From Polyangiales bacterium (lineage in GTDB: Bacteria > Myxococcota_A > Polyangia > Polyangiales > Houyiibacteriaceae): a stretch of DNA of 36,316 bases. The notes beneath the pieces were generated by a model. That model saw nothing but the letters and a program-made list of their open reading frames with translations, ran no database searches and was not told the origin of the DNA. Location of the stretch: NCBI GenBank assembly GCA_045106895.1, contig JBGCFM010000269.1, forward strand, positions 1-36,316, read 5' to 3'. Of the stretch, positions 34,276 through 36,316 are shown in pieces (position 1 is the first letter of the stretch; every line of letters starts with the position of its first letter). The position numbers and the translations under genes were made by a program.

Positions 34276-36162
34276 TCAGAGGCGGAGGACAAGTTCGGCG
34301 GTGGCGCCCTGAAAAGGAGGCACATCGCGGCAGACGCCGCCGGAGCAGAGGAGCCCGCCGGGGGTCTGACCACCGTAGAGACGCACAAAGCTACCAGAAA
34401 GAAAGTCGTAACGAACTTCAAGGCCTGGATAGAGACTTGGCGAGTCGGCGCCGACGGTCTGTGTGTTCCAGGCGAGGATCGGCGAGACGCGGAGCTTGCC
34501 CGCGTAGGAGTAAGTGAGGGTCGCCTGGCCGCGAATGAACTCTGAGTAGCTAAAGGCCTCGTGACGACGCTCGTCGCGGTGGGAGATGAGCAGCTCAAGG
34601 CTGTGGTCTCCAAGGACGATCCCGGCCTCCGCGGTGGCGTGATAGACGGTGGCGTACTCGTTGTTCACGATGACGTCGCTGAAGAGTTCGTCGGGTTCAA
34701 GGTAGGTTTCGCGCCGATAGCCTGCTTCAAGCGAGAAGGACCACCCGATGCGTTCGCCGTTTTGGGGAACGCGCTGCACTTTGGCGAAGCCGTGGGTCAC
34801 GAGGATCCCGTCGAAGGGGTCGACGCTTTCGCTTTCAGCGAAGCCGTACACGAGCCCCGTGACGCTGAGGCTCCACGCCCCGGGCAAAAACCCGTAGTCC
34901 ATTTGGAGGCGACCGCCGCGGTTGTTGTGCAGGGCTTCGGGACGCTCGTCGCTGCGCTCGAGGGTCGGCGGCGCGCTGTACGTTCGGTGTGCGGCGCCTT
35001 CGCTGTTGGACGCGGCGACACGGTAGTTGTGGTAGTCCTTCCACTCGAGCAAGAGCGCGAGGTTCCCAAGGCGCGTCTGCGCGCTCCCGTAGATGGCGTA
35101 GCCGTTCTCTCGCTCGTCTTCTTCGGAAAACTCCAGTCTGGAGACTCGACGGAGCGCGTTGACTTCGCCGTACAAAGAGAGCTTCCCGTCGAAGAGAGCC
35201 GGCGCGTCAACGCGCCAGCCAAGGACACTCAGGTAGCGTCGTTCGACGCCGGGTTGCTCACCGAGCCAGCTCGTCATCGCGTGGGCGCCGAGGGAGATTC
35301 CAGCGACGCGGAAGCCCGCTTCGCCGCCCATCAGAAAGTCGCGGCGTTCCGGGTTCGAGAAGAGGTCTCGGCGCAGCTGGTCCTGCGGAGCGGAGATGAT
35401 GCGAAGGGTTTGCGGGTCGAGGTTCTGCGGGTTGACCGAGCCGCCCAGGAGGCGGGCGAAAACACGACCTTCGTCGTACGCGACCTGACCGCCGCGGAGT
35501 GTCGTGTCGACACCGAGAAGGTCGACGCGCCGAAGCGCGAGGGCGATGCCGCGGCCCAGAACCGCGTAGCTGTCGACGGCGTCGATGGTGAAGTCGCCGC
35601 GTGAGTAGTGCAGTGAGAATCGCTCGAGGCGAAGGTCTGCCTCATAGAAGCAGAGAGTCTCTCGCCCGTCGGGGCATTCGCTCGTCAGGAGGGGAAGGAA
35701 CGCATCGAGGCGCATGCCGAGGCGCAAATACTCGCCCTGCATGCCAAACTCGAACTTCTCCCAGAACGAGAGGAAGTTGTCGTCGAACTCGTTGGCGTTG
35801 AAATTCTGGACTCTGTATTGAGCTTGCGTGGTCGATGTGAAGTTGAACGTCGTCTCGCCGAAGATTGGAAGGACCGGGGGGCCGTCTTCGTCGGGGATCG
35901 CGTCGAAGTTCCATTCGTCGTCACCGCCTTCACCTTCGCCGTCGATATCGTCGGGGAGGGTGTATTCCTCATCCAAGTCGTCGGGGAGGGTGTATTCCTC
36001 GTCCAAGTCATCGGGGAGTTGGTACTCGTCCGGTGACGCCTCGGCGTCGGCGTCGGCCTCGGCGGAATTTGACGCGTCTTCCTCCTGCGCAGACGCCCGA
36101 CCACCGATGAAGGCGCCGAGCGTTAGGGCGAACAGGAGGAGAGCATTCGCTCTCTTCGTCAT
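34276..36162 (-). CDS. Outer-membrane beta-barrel-like protein, DUF6029-like
   Basis: Signal peptide, acidic linker, beta-strand periodicity, YAVLGRGIALALR, EWKDY, C-terminal GGLLCSGGVCRDVPPFQG. Confidence 0.7.
   Translation of the reverse strand: MTKRANALLLFALTLGAFIGGRASAQEEDASNSAEADADAEASPDEYQLPDDLDEEYTLPDDLDEEYTLPDDIDGEGEGGDDEWNFDAIPDEDGPPVLPIFGETTFNFTSTTQAQYRVQNFNANEFDDNFLSFWEKFEFGMQGEYLRLGMRLDAFLPLLTSECPDGRETLCFYEADLRLERFSLHYSRGDFTIDAVDSYAVLGRGIALALRRVDLLGVDTTLRGGQVAYDEGRVFARLLGGSVNPQNLDPQTLRIISAPQDQLRRDLFSNPERRDFLMGGEAGFRVAGISLGAHAMTSWLGEQPGVERRYLSVLGWRVDAPALFDGKLSLYGEVNALRRVSRLEFSEEDERENGYAIYGSAQTRLGNLALLLEWKDYHNYRVAASNSEGAAHRTYSAPPTLERSDERPEALHNNRGGRLQMDYGFLPGAWSLSVTGLVYGFAESESVDPFDGILVTHGFAKVQRVPQNGERIGWSFSLEAGYRRETYLEPDELFSDVIVNNEYATVYHATAEAGIVLGDHSLELLISHRDERRHEAFSYSEFIRGQATLTYSYAGKLRVSPILAWNTQTVGADSPSLYPGLEVRYDFLSGSFVRLYGGQTPGGLLCSGGVCRDVPPFQGATAELVLRL
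35941..36030 (-). repeat. Three 30-bp in-frame tandem repeats encoding (D/E)EY(Q/T)LPDD(L/I)D
   Basis: Units at 35941-35970, 35971-36000 and 36001-36030 share TCGGGGAG..GTA.TC.TC. Confidence 0.85.
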
Positions 36163-36166
36163 GCGA

Positions 36167-36316
36167 TCAGCGTTCCGCGAGAAGCCGGACCAAAGAGTCG
36201 TGCAGGCGTGCGACGGGGTTCGGGCCTCCTTCGATGCCCGTGATTCGATCGACGATCAAACCTTCGTTGTCCACGATGATGGTGGAAGGAAGGGCGTTGT
36301 CCGGGAAGAAGGGCGA
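36167..36316 (-). CDS. C-terminal part of a thioredoxin-fold/TlpA-like protein (truncated by window edge)
   Basis: Manual translation SPFFPDNALPSTIIVDNEGLIVDRITG...LLAER*, containing the cis-Pro loop motif LPSTIIVD.EG. The stop lies 4 nt before the next ATG. Confidence 0.7.
   Translation of the reverse strand, partial: SPFFPDNALPSTIIVDNEGLIVDRITGIEGGPNPVARLHDSLVRLLAER

Noticed and set aside
34561..35604. 347-aa plus-strand ORF
   Set aside because: Antisense to the DUF6029-like gene; no recognisable motifs.
35941..36030. 30-bp repeats as a CRISPR array
   Set aside because: Contiguous units with no spacers, in frame within a CDS, and no cas genes.

Overview
GC-rich bacterial DNA, densely coding, about 33 CDS. 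No rRNA, tRNA, CRISPR array or mobile element is recognisable. The gene content (hybrid His kinase, membrane Ser/Thr kinase, tandem FadL porins) suggests Myxococcota, which is an inference. The main accessory element is a tightly coupled 10-gene minus-strand cluster at 1038-14771: AlgD-like nucleotide-sugar dehydrogenase, GT4, YfhO-type GT-C, ABC exporter, a CE4 deacetylase-GT2-degenerate radical SAM fusion, a second GT2, two radical SAM/SPASM enzymes, a cytoplasmic clan GH-A hydrolase and a methyltransferase. I cannot match this cluster to a described pathway; it looks like a system that builds, radically tailors and exports a glycan or glycoconjugate. The rest of the window holds lipid metabolism genes (desaturase, crotonase, FATP-type acyl-CoA ligase, two FadL), ribF, an IF-1 with a basic N-terminal extension, a branched-polyamine synthase (BpsA-like), a NUDIX hydrolase, a Ser/Thr kinase and a TlpA-DUF6029-like-TlpA module. 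Many operon-leading genes have a -10-like hexamer 5-7 nt before the start codon, suggesting widespread leaderless mRNAs. All family calls come from reading motifs by eye; no searches were run.
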